Part shown: positions 1 through 12,086 of the stretch, one piece after another
Position numbering within the stretch: the stretch's first letter is position 1
How the letters are laid out: each line of letters begins with the position of its first letter
From: Gammaproteobacteria bacterium
GTDB taxonomy: Bacteria > Pseudomonadota > Gammaproteobacteria > Thiohalomonadales > Thiohalomonadaceae
Direction: 5' to 3'
DNA: 32,000 nucleotides
Assembly: GCA_041690535.1 (NCBI GenBank)
Contig: JAWLHA010000048.1
Span: 1 to 32,000, forward strand
Notes under the pieces: model-generated
The model's database searches: none
Told to the model about the DNA's origin: nothing
What the model saw: the letters and a program-made list of their open reading frames with translations, nothing else
Translations under genes and position numbers: made by a program

Positions 1-99
1 GCCCTCCCGCGGCATAAGTGCGTCCTTGCACCAATCCATGCGGCCGTCGACCTGCTTTCAAGGACTTACATCGCTCTGGGTAAGTATGCGTTTACCCTG
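1..99. repeat. Window-truncated copy of the 145-bp palindromic MITE-like element that is complete at 3840-3984
   Basis: About 45-99 (cgtcgacctgctttcaaggacttacatcgctctgggtaagtatgcgtttaccctg) aligns at roughly 90% with the right arm at about 3927-3984. The left arm is more diverged and is cut by the window edge. Confidence 0.6.
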
Positions 100-176
100 C
101 AGTTCAGCGGTCAGGTGCATCGGCCCAAGCTCTTGGGTAAGATCGGCCCGGGCAAATGTAGAAGTCAATTATAACC

Positions 177-938
177 ATGAGTCGACTTGTTGCACTGTTG
201 TTTGATGTGGACGGCACCCTGGCCGACACCGAAAAGGACGGCCACCGGGTCGCTTTCAACCGGGCCTTTGCCGAGGCGGGGCTGGATTGGGAGTGGTCCG
301 AAGCGCTGTACGGGGAACTCCTGGCGGTGACGGGCGGTAAGGAGCGGATCCGCTATTACCTGGAGCGCTTCAATACCAGGTTCGAAGAACCGGAGGATCT
401 CGACGGCTTCGTGGCTGGGCTGCATGCCGCCAAGACACGATTTTTCACGGAGCTGCTCGCCGAGGGCCACATCCCGCTGCGTCCGGGGGTGAAGCGCCTC
501 ATTGAGGAAGCCCGGGCCGAGGGGATGCGCCTGGCCGTGGCCACCACCACCACCCCCGCCAACGTGGAGGCGCTGCTTACCCACGCCCTGGCTCCCGATG
601 CCATGTCCTGGTTCGAGGTGATTGCCGCAGGGGATGTTGTGCCCGCGAAGAAGCCCGCACCGGATATTTACGAGTACGCGATGGACAAGATGGGGTTGCG
701 GCCCGAACAGTGCGTCGCCTTTGAGGACTCTCAGAACGGCATCCGCGCCTCCCTGGGGGCCGGGCTCAAGACCATCGTGGCGGTGAGCAGCTACACCGTG
801 GAGGAGGACTTCAGCGGCGCCGCCGTCGTTCTCAATCACTGGGGTGAACCTGACCGCCCCTTCACCGTTCTCGAAGGAGATGCGGGGGAGAGCCGTTACC
901 TGAACATGGAACTGGTGCAGCAGCTGCACGGCGCCTGA
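177..938 (+). CDS. cbbY: HAD-superfamily phosphatase, CbbY-like
   Basis: 253-aa ORF. The N-terminal HAD motif I is FDVDGTLADTE, followed by HRVAFNRAF and TGGKERI, as in CbbY-type proteins. Motif III is FEDSQNG. Confidence 0.8.
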   Translation: MSRLVALLFDVDGTLADTEKDGHRVAFNRAFAEAGLDWEWSEALYGELLAVTGGKERIRYYLERFNTRFEEPEDLDGFVAGLHAAKTRFFTELLAEGHIPLRPGVKRLIEEARAEGMRLAVATTTTPANVEALLTHALAPDAMSWFEVIAAGDVVPAKKPAPDIYEYAMDKMGLRPEQCVAFEDSQNGIRASLGAGLKTIVAVSSYTVEEDFSGAAVVLNHWGEPDRPFTVLEGDAGESRYLNMELVQQLHGA

Positions 939-946
939 GCCGACCG

Positions 947-2110
947 ATGGTGCACCTCGCGCGCCGTGCTGCGGAGATCGAGCCGTTCCAGGTGATGGAG
1001 CTGCTGGCCCGTGCCCGCCAGCTGGAGGCGGCGGGCCGCTCCATCGTCCACATGGAGATCGGTGAGCCGGACTTTCCCACCCCCGAACCGGTCATGGAGG
1101 CGGCCCAGCAGGCCCTGCGCGAAGGCCGCACCCAATACACCCCGGCCCTGGGCCTTCCCGCCCTGCGCGAGGCGATTGCCGACCACTACCGCCGGCACCA
1201 TGGCGTCACCGTGGAGGCCGACCGGATCATTGTCACCCCCGGAGCCTCCGGGGCCCTGCTGTTGGCCCTTGGCGTGTTGTTGGATGCGGGGGAAGAGGTG
1301 CTGGTGGCCGATCCGGGTTATCCCTGCAACCGCCACTTTGCCCGCTTCGTCGAGGCGAGCGCACGCGCCGTTCCGGTGGGGCCGGAGACCGGCTACCAGC
1401 TGAACGCCGAACTGGTGGCTCGCCACTGGGGCGAGAGGACGGTTGCCACGCTGTTGGCAAGCCCGGCCAATCCCACCGGGACCGTCGTGAAGAAAACCGA
1501 GCTGGAGGCCATCAGCCGGGCGGTGGCGCAGCGGGGCGGGCAGCTCGTCGTGGATGAGATTTACCAGGGACTGGTCTACGGCACCGAGGTGCCCACGGCC
1601 CTGGCCCTCAGCGAAGATGTCCTCGTCATCAACAGCTTCTCCAAGTACTTCTGCATGACCGGCTGGCGCCTGGGGTGGTTGGTCGTGCCTCGCGATTACC
1701 GCCGCCCGGTGGAGAAGCTGGCCCAGAATCTCTTCATCGCCCCCTCCACCCCCGCGCAGTACGCCGCCCTGGCGGCGTTCAGGCCCGAAACCCTCGCCAT
1801 CCTGGAGGCGCGCCGGGCGGAGTTTCAGCGGCGCCGCGACTATCTCCTGCCGCGGCTGCGTGAGCTGGGCTTCTCCATTCCGGTCACTCCCGAGGGGGCG
1901 TTTTACATCTACGCCGGATGCAGTGGCCTGGGGATGGAGAGCGCAGACCTCGCCTCGGCCCTGCTGGAGGAGGCCGGGGTCGCCGTAACCCCGGGCCACG
2001 ACTTTGGCCACAACGCCCCCGAGCGCCACCTGCGCTTTGCCTACACCACCTCAATGTCGGACCTGGAAGAGGGGGTCGCCCGCATCGGAGCCTTCCTGCG
2101 CCGACGGTAG
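947..2110 (+). CDS. PLP-dependent class I/II aminotransferase (aspartate/aromatic type)
   Basis: 387-aa ORF with the PLP-lysine motif SFSKYFCMTGWRLGW, SPANPTG and the conserved fold-type I layout. It starts 9 nt after the upstream stop. Confidence 0.85.
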   Translation: MVHLARRAAEIEPFQVMELLARARQLEAAGRSIVHMEIGEPDFPTPEPVMEAAQQALREGRTQYTPALGLPALREAIADHYRRHHGVTVEADRIIVTPGASGALLLALGVLLDAGEEVLVADPGYPCNRHFARFVEASARAVPVGPETGYQLNAELVARHWGERTVATLLASPANPTGTVVKKTELEAISRAVAQRGGQLVVDEIYQGLVYGTEVPTALALSEDVLVINSFSKYFCMTGWRLGWLVVPRDYRRPVEKLAQNLFIAPSTPAQYAALAAFRPETLAILEARRAEFQRRRDYLLPRLRELGFSIPVTPEGAFYIYAGCSGLGMESADLASALLEEAGVAVTPGHDFGHNAPERHLRFAYTTSMSDLEEGVARIGAFLRRR

Positions 2111-2174
2111 GGTGGGCGCTCTTTGAGCGTCGCTCAGACTATACTGCCTCTGCAGGATCAGGTGAGGAGCTCCC

Positions 2175-2963
2175 ATGCTGCCCAACTTCCTGGTGATCGG
2201 GGCGCCGCGCGCCGGGACGAGCTGGATCGCGAAAAACCTCAGTGCTCACCCCGAGGTCTTCATCCCCCGACGACAGGCGCTTCACTACTTCGACCGGTAC
2301 TATGACGGCAGCCTTCCCCGTTATGCCCGTAGGTTCAAGGGCTGGAGGGGAGAGAAAGCGGTCGGGGAGGCCACGCCGGCCTACCTCGGCTCGGTTCCGG
2401 TGCCGGGGCGGATCAGGGCGCACCTGCCGCACATCCGTCTGATTGCCTCTCTGCGCAATCCTGTGGAGCGCCTCCATTCGCGCTGCCTGAGCATGGGGGC
2501 CGCGCACCGCGACGAGGCCCGGCTTGGCTGTGAGGAGCGATTGCGCCAAAAGCCCCTCCTGCTGGAGGAGGGCTTCTATGATGAACAGCTGACGCGTTAC
2601 CTGGAGCTGTTTCCGCGGGAAAACCTATTGGTCCTGCTCTATGACGATCTGAAGCGGGAGCCGGCGCAGTTTCTGGAGAGGATCTACCGCTTCATCGGCG
2701 TGAACCCCTCCTTCCGCTCACCCTTTCTGAATGAAACCGTGTGCGCCACGGCCGACCGGCGGCTACGGTCGGGGCGCAATGTTCTGCGCAACCTCGCCAG
2801 GCGGTTGGGTGGGGCGAGTGGAAGGCCTCGCAAGTTGCCGGGACCGGGCAGCCCGCTGAGCGCCGTGACCCGCGCCTGGTTGGCAGAGGAGCTCTACCGG
2901 TCGCACAACCGGCGCCTGGAGGCGCTGATCGGGCGCGACCTCAGCGAATGGGATCGCCCCTGA
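2175..2963 (+). CDS. Sulfotransferase-domain protein
   Basis: 262-aa ORF. The N-terminal PAPS-binding loop is PNFLVIGAPRAGTSW, and there is a downstream RNPVER motif typical of the sulfotransferase family. Confidence 0.8.
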   Translation: MLPNFLVIGAPRAGTSWIAKNLSAHPEVFIPRRQALHYFDRYYDGSLPRYARRFKGWRGEKAVGEATPAYLGSVPVPGRIRAHLPHIRLIASLRNPVERLHSRCLSMGAAHRDEARLGCEERLRQKPLLLEEGFYDEQLTRYLELFPRENLLVLLYDDLKREPAQFLERIYRFIGVNPSFRSPFLNETVCATADRRLRSGRNVLRNLARRLGGASGRPRKLPGPGSPLSAVTRAWLAEELYRSHNRRLEALIGRDLSEWDRP

Positions 2964-2969
2964 ATCGGG

Positions 2970-3755
2970 TCACTTGCGGTAACGCTCCACCCACATGGCG
3001 GTGGCACCGGCCACCGCCGCCGGCATGACGAGGAAGTTCACCAGGGGGATCATGGTAGCCAGGAGCGTGGCACCGCCGAAACCGAGAGCGAGCAGGCGCT
3101 TCTCACCGAGTCGCCGGCGCTGTTCCTTCCCTTGCAGGCCGTGGTTGCCCATGGGGTAATCGGCATACTCCACCGCCATCATCCAGGCGCTGAACAGCGC
3201 CCACAATAGGGGAGCGAACAGATTGACGCCCGGGATGAGAAAGAGCAGGAGCAGGGGAATTGCTCTGACCACGAAATAGCCCAGCTTGCGAATCTCGTCC
3301 AGGACGACGGCCGGGGCCTGCTTGAGCGCATCCGCCAAGCCGGCCTCCGGGGGCCCACCGCCGGTCAGCTGACGCTCCACCGCCTCGGCCAATACCCCGT
3401 TGAAGGGTGCGCCGATCAGATTGGCCACGATGGAGAAGGTGAAGAACACCAGGATGGCCGCCGCCAGGCCGAACAGAAGCCACAAAAGCCAGCTGAGCCA
3501 GGCCAGCCACTCCGGCAGGTCCGGGATCAAGCGGTCGACCAACCCGCCGAACTGGCCCGCCAGTGCCCACAGCAACAGGGCGAACAGGCCCACATTGATG
3601 GCGAGGGGGACGAAGACGAAGCGACGCAGCCCCGGCCTGTTGAGCATTCCGAAGCCGCGCAGCAGGTAACCGGCCCCGGCAAGGGCAGAAACGGGGGCCG
3701 CAATACGAGATTCGAGGGGGGGCGGTGTCGCTCCGCCAGCGGGTACAGAATTCAA
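2970..3755 (-). CDS. cysZ: Sulfate transporter CysZ
   Basis: 261-aa multi-TM ORF with CysZ signature stretches: GLRRFVFVPLAINV, GAPFNGVLAEAVERQLTG, LWALFSAWMMAVEYADYP, AVAGATAMWVE. Confidence 0.9.
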   Translation of the reverse strand: MNSVPAGGATPPPLESRIAAPVSALAGAGYLLRGFGMLNRPGLRRFVFVPLAINVGLFALLLWALAGQFGGLVDRLIPDLPEWLAWLSWLLWLLFGLAAAILVFFTFSIVANLIGAPFNGVLAEAVERQLTGGGPPEAGLADALKQAPAVVLDEIRKLGYFVVRAIPLLLLFLIPGVNLFAPLLWALFSAWMMAVEYADYPMGNHGLQGKEQRRRLGEKRLLALGFGGATLLATMIPLVNFLVMPAAVAGATAMWVERYRK

Positions 3756-3839
3756 CGGTATCTCCTTGGGTTACTGCAGGTACGAGGGGGGACACTCAAC
3801 CATACTCGTGCGCGGAGACGCACACCACTCCTCGCATCC

Positions 3840-3984
3840 CAGGGTGAACGCATACTAACGTCACGGCCGTGCTGTGAGCGACGTAAGTCCTTGAAAGCAG
3901 GTACGCTGTAAATACATCCATGTACGCTCGACGACCTGCTTTCAAGGACTTACGTCGCTCTTGGGTGAGTATGCGTTCACCCTG
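3840..3984. mobile_element. 145-bp palindromic MITE-like element (family 2) with flanking direct repeat
   Basis: Terminal inverted repeats are cagggtgaacgcatact ... agtatgcgttcaccctg. The inner arms are gacgtaagtccttgaaagcaggt / acctgctttcaaggacttacgtc. It is flanked by cctcgcatcc at 3830-3839 and 3985-3994. Confidence 0.7.
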
Positions 3985-4028
3985 CCTCGCATCCTCGCAT
4001 CTCGCATCTGGCCCCTGATACCTCGAAT

Positions 4029-5288
4029 CTATTCTTGCGCAGCAAGAAGTGCCGTGCCGTAGGCCGCCTCGGCATGTTCGGCCCGCACCACCGGGACCCC
4101 CAGGGCCCTCTCCCGGATGCGACGCCAGGGTTCATTGCGGGCCCCGCCGCCGGCGCTCACCACCCGCGTGGGGTAGGGGGCACCCACGGCTTGGAGCCGT
4201 TCATAGGCTTGCCGCTCGATCCTGGCCATCCCCTCCAGCAGACCCTGAAAGAACAGCGCGTCGCTGGCCGGGCGGGGGGTGAGCCTGGGCGCCAGGGCCG
4301 GGTCGTTGACGGGGAAGCGTTCCCCGGGGGCCGACAGGGGGTAGTAATCGAGCCCCGTCGGGGTCTCAGGGTCCAGCTGGAGAGCCAGGGCGTCCATCTG
4401 CGCATCGGTGAAGAACTGTCGCAGGACCGCCCCGCCACTGTTGGAGCCCCCGCCCACCAGCCAGTGCCCTCCATAGGGCTGGCTGTAGATACCGAATTCG
4501 GGGGCGAACACCGGCCGCGTGGCGATCACCTTCGCCACCAGGGTCGAGCCGAGGGAGGTGACCGCCTCCCCCACCTGGCTGGCGCCGGTGGCGATGATGG
4601 CCGCGGTGCTGTCGGTGGTGCCGGCGCGCACCCGAACCCCTTCCAATCCCCACCGCCGGGCCAGCGCCTCGCGGAGCGGTGCCCACGGTGCCCCGGCGGG
4701 CACCACGTTGGGGAGAAGCTCCGGGGCGATGCCCAACTGCCGTAGCCAGGGGGGCCAGCGGTCCTGCTCCGGCTCATAACCGAGTTTCAGGGCGTTGTTG
4801 ACGTCGCAGAGGTCGTAGCGGCCGGTCAGCCGCCCGGCGATCCAGTCCGCCTGGGTATGGACGCGACCCACCGTGGCGCCCCCCTCCAGGAGCCAAAGCA
4901 GTTTGGCAAGGCCGGAGGCGGTGCCGTGGGCGGCGCTCTCCCGTGGGGCCACCGCCGCGATCCGCGCCGCCTGAACGACGGCGCGGCCATCGTTGTACAT
5001 CAGGGCGGGGGTGAGGGGGTGCCCCTCCGGGTCGGCCAGAAAGACGGTGCCGGAGGTGCCGTCCACCGCCAGGGCGCGTATGGAGCGGGGCGGGACGCGG
5101 GCGAGCAGCGCCTCCATGACCGCTTCGAACCCCTCCCACCACAGGCCGGGGGCCTGCTGCACCGCAACCCCCTCCCGCTCCGGCGGGGGCAGTGGCGCGG
5201 CCGCTTCCGCCCGCACCTCGCCCGCGGCATCGATCGCGCAGGCCCGGCACCCGGAGGTGCCGAGGTCGACGCCAATGAAGAGGTCCAT
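4029..5288 (-). CDS. FGGY-family carbohydrate kinase (xylulokinase/ribulokinase-like)
   Basis: 419-aa ORF. The N-terminal motif is GVDLGTSGCRA and the C-terminal part is the FGGY type (GGGSNSGG, GGGARN). Confidence 0.85.
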   Translation of the reverse strand: MDLFIGVDLGTSGCRACAIDAAGEVRAEAAAPLPPPEREGVAVQQAPGLWWEGFEAVMEALLARVPPRSIRALAVDGTSGTVFLADPEGHPLTPALMYNDGRAVVQAARIAAVAPRESAAHGTASGLAKLLWLLEGGATVGRVHTQADWIAGRLTGRYDLCDVNNALKLGYEPEQDRWPPWLRQLGIAPELLPNVVPAGAPWAPLREALARRWGLEGVRVRAGTTDSTAAIIATGASQVGEAVTSLGSTLVAKVIATRPVFAPEFGIYSQPYGGHWLVGGGSNSGGAVLRQFFTDAQMDALALQLDPETPTGLDYYPLSAPGERFPVNDPALAPRLTPRPASDALFFQGLLEGMARIERQAYERLQAVGAPYPTRVVSAGGGARNEPWRRIRERALGVPVVRAEHAEAAYGTALLAAQE

Positions 5289-5301
5289 CTCCTAACCGAT
5301 A

Positions 5302-5691
5302 TTACGGCAGGGAAACGGGAATGGGCGGCTGCCAGTCGGGGGCGCGGTGCTCGGCCACCACCGTGGTATAGATGCCGCCGCGCACGTTGAATTTGCCGGT
5401 CACCCGCATAAAGCGCGGCTGGCAGGCGGCAACGAAGTCGTCCAGCATGCGGTTGGTCACCGCCTCGTGAAAGGCGCCCTCTTCACGGAAGGACCAGATG
5501 TACATCTTCAGGGCCTTCAGCTCGATGCACTTCTGGTCGGGGACGTAATCCAGGGTGATGGTGGCGAAGTCCGGCTGCCCGGTCTTGGGGCAGAGGCAGG
5601 TGAACTCCGGGATGTCGATGTGAATGGTATAATCCCGGGCCGGCATCGGGTTTTCGAAGGTCTCAAGTTCCTTGCTGGGCTTGCTAGGCAT
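5302..5691 (-). CDS. queF: NADPH-dependent 7-cyano-7-deazaguanine (preQ0) reductase, type I
   Basis: 129-aa ORF with the catalytic-Cys motif [15 protein letters not shown] and the QueF motif [20 protein letters not shown]. Confidence 0.92.
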   Translation of the reverse strand: MPSKPSKELETFENPMPARDYTIHIDIPEFTCLCPKTGQPDFATITLDYVPDQKCIELKALKMYIWSFREEGAFHEAVTNRMLDDFVAACQPRFMRVTGKFNVRGGIYTTVVAEHRAPDWQPPIPVSLP

Positions 5692-5792
5692 TGATGTATC
5701 TTTCGTGGTAGCTTTGACGGCCCGAAATTGTAGCCGAAAAGCCGAGCGCGCCGAAGAGCGTTCTAATAAATGAGATCAAGCGTCATTCAGCT

Positions 5793-8700
5793 ATGCGGCT
5801 AAGCAAGATCAAGCTCGCCGGTTTCAAATCCTTTGTCGACCCCACGACGATTCCGTTCCCGACCAATCTGACCGGCATCGTCGGTCCGAACGGCTGCGGC
5901 AAGTCCAACACCATCGATGCCGTGCGCTGGGTCATGGGCGAGAGCTCCGCCAAGAACCTGCGCGGCGACTCCATGGCGGACGTGGTGTTCAACGGCTCCA
6001 CCTCGCGCAAGCCGGTGGGGCAGGCCTCGGTGGAGATGATCTTCGACAACTCCGATGGCGCGGTGACCGGCCAGTACGCCCAGTACAACGAGATCTCCAT
6101 CAAGCGCGTGGTCTCGCGGGACGGCCAATCCTCCTACTTCCTCAATGGTACCCGCTGCCGCCGGCGCGACATTACCGACATCTTTCTCGGCACTGGCCTG
6201 GGGCCGCGCAGCTACGCCATCATCGAGCAGGGGACCATCTCCCGCATCATCGAGGCGCGTCCCGAAGAGCTGCGCACCTTCCTGGAGGAGGCGGCCGGGA
6301 TCTCCAAGTACAAGGAGCGCCGCCGCGAGACCGAAACCCGCATGCGGCACACCCGCGATAACCTCGACCGCCTCAACGACCTGCGCGAGGAGCTGGACAA
6401 GCAGCTCGCCCATCTCCAGCGCCAGGCCCGCACCGCCGAGCGCTACAAGGAATTGAAGCAGGAGGAGCGGGTGGTCAAGGGGCAACTCCAGGCCTTGCGC
6501 TGGAAGGCCCTCCATGAAGAGGCCCAGCTGCAGGAGGGGCGCATCCACGAGCAGGAGACCGGGCTGGAGGCGCAGATCGCCCGCCAGCGCGCCGCCGAGG
6601 CGGAGATCGAGCGCAAGCGCGAAGAGCACGTGGAGGCCACCGAGACCTTCAACACCGTCCAGGGCGAGTTCTACGGCATCGGCGCGGACATCGCCCGGCT
6701 GGAGCAGTCCATTCACCACGTCAAGGACCGCCGCCAGCACCAGCAGCGCGACCTCGCCCAGGTGGAGAAGGGGTGGAATGAGGCGCAGGAGCATCTGGAG
6801 GCCGACCGGCGCAAGATTGAGGAGCTGCGGGCCGGCCTGGAGGCGCAGGAGCCCGAGTATGCGGGGCTGTCCGAGGAGTCGGAGCTGACCCAGGCCGCCT
6901 TGGCGGAGGCCGAGCAGGCCATGCACGAGTGGCAGCTCCAGTGGGAGGAGTTCAACCAGCGTGCCGCCGAGCCCTCCCAGACCGCCCAGGTGGAGCGGGC
7001 GCGTATTCAGCAGCTGGAGCAGCAGGGGGCGCAACTGCAGCAGCGCATGCAGCGCATCGAACAGGAGCTGCAAAACCTCTCCACGGATAACCTGGAGACC
7101 GACGTAGCCCTGCTCGGGGAAGAGCTGGCGGAGTCCGAGCTGCGCTCGGCCGCGTTGCAGGAGCAGCTGGCCTCGGCCCTGGAGCAGATCACCCTGCAGC
7201 GGGAGCGCAGCCATCAGGACGCCCAGTTCCTGGATCAGGTGCGCACCCGCCTGCAGAGCGCGCGCGGCCGTCATGCCTCCCTGGAGGCACTGCAGCAGGC
7301 TGCTCTTGGCAAGGCTGGCGGCGCAGTCAAGGCGTGGCTCGCTCAGCAGGGGCTGGAGGGGGCGGTGCGCCTGGCCCAGGGCATCGAGGTGGAGAGCGGC
7401 TGGGAGCGGGCCGTGGAGTGCGCCCTCGGTGTGCACCTGGAAGCGGTTTGCGTGGACGGCATCGATCCGATCCTCGGCGCCCTGGGCAACCTGAAGCACG
7501 GTTCGCTTGCCTTGTTCGAGACCACTGCCCGTGCGACCGCCGATGCCGGCGGGGAGCGCCTGTTGGGGAAGGTGCGTTCCCAATGGGCCCTGGAGAATCT
7601 GCTTGCGGGCATTTACACTGCCGAGACCCTGGAGCAGGCGCTGGCGATGCGGGCCCGGCTGGCCCCTCACGAGTCGGTGATCACCCGTGACGGAGTGTGG
7701 GTTGGTCCCAACTGGCTGCGTGTGGCTCGGGATGCCGACGAGAAGGCGGGCGTGCTGCAGCGCGAGCAGGAGCTGAAGGAGCTCGCCCGCGAGATTGAAC
7801 TGCTGGAGGCGGAGGCGGAGGAGGTACAGGCCCGGGTGGAAGAGGGGCGGCAGGGACAACGGCTGCTGGAGGAGGAGCGTGAGGCCAGCCAACAGCAATT
7901 CAATGAGGCCCACCGCCGCCACGGTGAGCTGCGTTCGCAACTCACCGGCAAGCAGACCCGCCTCGAACAGATCGGCAAGCGGCGCGAGCAGCTGCAGGGT
8001 GAGCTCGAGGAGCTGGAGCAGCACATGGCCACGGCGGAGGCCGAGGTGGCCACCGCCCGGGGGCGGCTGCACGAGGCCCTTGGCATGATGGAAGAGCTTG
8101 CCGGGCAGCGGGAGGAACTCTCCCTGCGTCGCGATGAGCTGCGGGAGCGGCTCGAGCAAGCGAAGCAGGGGGCGCGCGGCAAGCGGGAACAGGCCCACGC
8201 CATTGCCCTGCGCATCCAGACCATGCGCACCGAGCTGGAGGGTACCGAGCAGGGGCTTGGGCGCATGGAGCAGCAGCTCATTCAGCTGGCAGAACGGCGG
8301 GAGGAGCTGATCATGTCGCTCTCGGAGGGGGATGAGCCGCTGACGCGCATGAGCGATGAGCTCGAAGGTTTCCTCATGCGGCGCATGGAGGTGGAGGAGC
8401 GTCTCGCCGAGGCCAGACGCCGGGTGGAGAACATCGACCACGACCTCCGTCAGCTGGACATCGAGCGGGCCAAGGCCGAGCGGTCCGCCCAGGAGGTGCG
8501 CAGCGCCCTCGAGCGGTTGCGCATGAGCTGGCAGGAGTTGAAGGTGCGCCGCCAGACCCTGCAGGAGCAGATCGTCGATGCCGGCTTCGAGGTCCAGGTG
8601 CTCCTTGCCGATCTGCCGGTGGAGGCGGAGGCACGCACGTGGGAGCAGCGGCAGGAGGAGATCGGCCAGCGCATCCAGCGGCTCGGTCCCATCAACCTGG

Positions 8701-9296
8701 CCGCCATCGACGAATACGCCCAGCAGTCCGAGCGCAAGACCTACCTGGATGCCCAGCACGTGGACCTCACTGAGGCGCTGGAGACCCTGGAGAATGCCAT
8801 CCGCAAGATTGACCGGGAGACCCGCACCCGCTTCAAGGAGACCTTCGACAAGGTCAACAAGGGGCTGCAGGAGAAGTTCCCCCGCCTGTTCGGCGGTGGC
8901 CACGCCTACCTGGAGCTCACCGGCGAAGACCTGCTGGATACCGGGGTGACTGTCATGGCCCGCCCCCCCGGCAAGCGCAACAGCACCATCCACCTGCTCT
9001 CCGGCGGGGAGAAGGCGCTCACCGCCGTGGCGCTGGTGTTCGCCATTTTCGAACTCAACCCCTCGCCGTTCTGCATGCTCGACGAGGTGGACGCCCCCTT
9101 GGATGAGGCCAACGTGGGCCGCTTCTGCAACCTGGTGCGGGAGATGTCCGAGCGGGTACAGTTCATCTTCATCACCCACAACAAGGCCACCATGGAGCTG
9201 GCCTCGACCCTCACCGGCGTCACCATGCACGAGCCGGGCGTCTCCCGCATCGTGGCGGTGGACGTGGACGAGGCGATCGAGCTGGCCGCGATTTAG
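5793..9296 (+). CDS. smc: Chromosome segregation protein SMC
   Basis: 1167-aa ORF with Walker A GPNGCGKSN, long Q/E/R-rich coiled coils, a central hinge, the signature LSGGEKALTA and Walker B FCMLDEVDAPLD. Confidence 0.97.
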   Translation: MRLSKIKLAGFKSFVDPTTIPFPTNLTGIVGPNGCGKSNTIDAVRWVMGESSAKNLRGDSMADVVFNGSTSRKPVGQASVEMIFDNSDGAVTGQYAQYNEISIKRVVSRDGQSSYFLNGTRCRRRDITDIFLGTGLGPRSYAIIEQGTISRIIEARPEELRTFLEEAAGISKYKERRRETETRMRHTRDNLDRLNDLREELDKQLAHLQRQARTAERYKELKQEERVVKGQLQALRWKALHEEAQLQEGRIHEQETGLEAQIARQRAAEAEIERKREEHVEATETFNTVQGEFYGIGADIARLEQSIHHVKDRRQHQQRDLAQVEKGWNEAQEHLEADRRKIEELRAGLEAQEPEYAGLSEESELTQAALAEAEQAMHEWQLQWEEFNQRAAEPSQTAQVERARIQQLEQQGAQLQQRMQRIEQELQNLSTDNLETDVALLGEELAESELRSAALQEQLASALEQITLQRERSHQDAQFLDQVRTRLQSARGRHASLEALQQAALGKAGGAVKAWLAQQGLEGAVRLAQGIEVESGWERAVECALGVHLEAVCVDGIDPILGALGNLKHGSLALFETTARATADAGGERLLGKVRSQWALENLLAGIYTAETLEQALAMRARLAPHESVITRDGVWVGPNWLRVARDADEKAGVLQREQELKELAREIELLEAEAEEVQARVEEGRQGQRLLEEEREASQQQFNEAHRRHGELRSQLTGKQTRLEQIGKRREQLQGELEELEQHMATAEAEVATARGRLHEALGMMEELAGQREELSLRRDELRERLEQAKQGARGKREQAHAIALRIQTMRTELEGTEQGLGRMEQQLIQLAERREELIMSLSEGDEPLTRMSDELEGFLMRRMEVEERLAEARRRVENIDHDLRQLDIERAKAERSAQEVRSALERLRMSWQELKVRRQTLQEQIVDAGFEVQVLLADLPVEAEARTWEQRQEEIGQRIQRLGPINLAAIDEYAQQSERKTYLDAQHVDLTEALETLENAIRKIDRETRTRFKETFDKVNKGLQEKFPRLFGGGHAYLELTGEDLLDTGVTVMARPPGKRNSTIHLLSGGEKALTAVALVFAIFELNPSPFCMLDEVDAPLDEANVGRFCNLVREMSERVQFIFITHNKATMELASTLTGVTMHEPGVSRIVAVDVDEAIELAAI

Positions 9297-9310
9297 TAAA
9301 GGGGAGTTCC

Positions 9311-10027
9311 GTGGACGATCTGCGTCTCATCCTGGTGCTCATCGGCCTTGCGGTCCTGGTGGCCATCTATCTTGTTGGCAGGAACCGGGGCAGCCGCCGC
9401 GAAAGCGAGCTCCCGGTTCTGGAAGAGGCGGTGCACATTCCGGGATCCGCGGTAAGAGCCGAGGCCGACCTGGAGCCGTTCAGCGCCGATCGCGATGCGC
9501 CGGTGGGGGAGGAGCAGCTCGATGCCGTCTCCGGTCTGCGTGCCAGGGATGAAGCGCCCCTCGAACTCCCCGACGAACCGCTCAAGGGTGACGCGGCAAT
9601 CCCGGCGCGGGAGCCGGAGGTGGTGGCTGTCACGGTGATGACAACCCGCGGCCCCTTCAACGGGGAGGCGATACTGGCGCAGCTCGAAGCCCTGGGGGCA
9701 CGGCACGGACGCATGGACATTTTTCACTGCTACGGCGCAGGGGCGAGCGGTTTGGAGCCCCTGTACAGCGTTGCGAACGTGGTGGAGCCGGGCACGTTCG
9801 ATCCCGCCGCCATGGCCATCCTGCAGACCCCCGGCCTGGCACTTTTCGCCCAAGTGAACCATGCCGAGGAGCGCACCGAGGTGGTCGACCGGCTGCTTGC
9901 TGCGGCCCATCGTTTGGCCGACGCACTTGGCGGGGAGGTGTGTGATGCCGCACGCCAACCCCTCGATGAAGGGAAAACGGAGCGGCTGCGCAGGGGGGCA
10001 AGCGCCACCGCAGCTCAAGGGATCTGA
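9311..10027 (+). CDS. zipA: Cell division protein ZipA
   Basis: 238-aa ORF with a GTG start. It has one N-terminal TM helix, an acidic/proline linker and a C-terminal ZipA FtsZ-binding-type domain. It occupies the conserved position between smc and ligA. Confidence 0.85.
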   Translation: MDDLRLILVLIGLAVLVAIYLVGRNRGSRRESELPVLEEAVHIPGSAVRAEADLEPFSADRDAPVGEEQLDAVSGLRARDEAPLELPDEPLKGDAAIPAREPEVVAVTVMTTRGPFNGEAILAQLEALGARHGRMDIFHCYGAGASGLEPLYSVANVVEPGTFDPAAMAILQTPGLALFAQVNHAEERTEVVDRLLAAAHRLADALGGEVCDAARQPLDEGKTERLRRGASATAAQGI

Positions 10028-12067
<2,040 letters not shown>

Positions 12068-12086
12068 TGCGGACCCGCATGGTGGG

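Noticed and set aside
375-395. tRNA T-arm-like string ggttcgaagaacc
   Set aside because: It lies inside the cbbY-like CDS and there is no cloverleaf context.
5799-9230. 1143-aa ORF antisense to smc. Similar long antisense or alternative-frame ORFs occur at 9293-11845, 896-2029, 20490-21815, 18016-19176, 27083-28438, 28453-29643 and 29561-30919.
   Set aside because: Their compositions are typical of high-GC shadow frames (runs of G/A/R/P/L with no motifs). Each overlaps a gene with clear family signatures on the other strand or frame.
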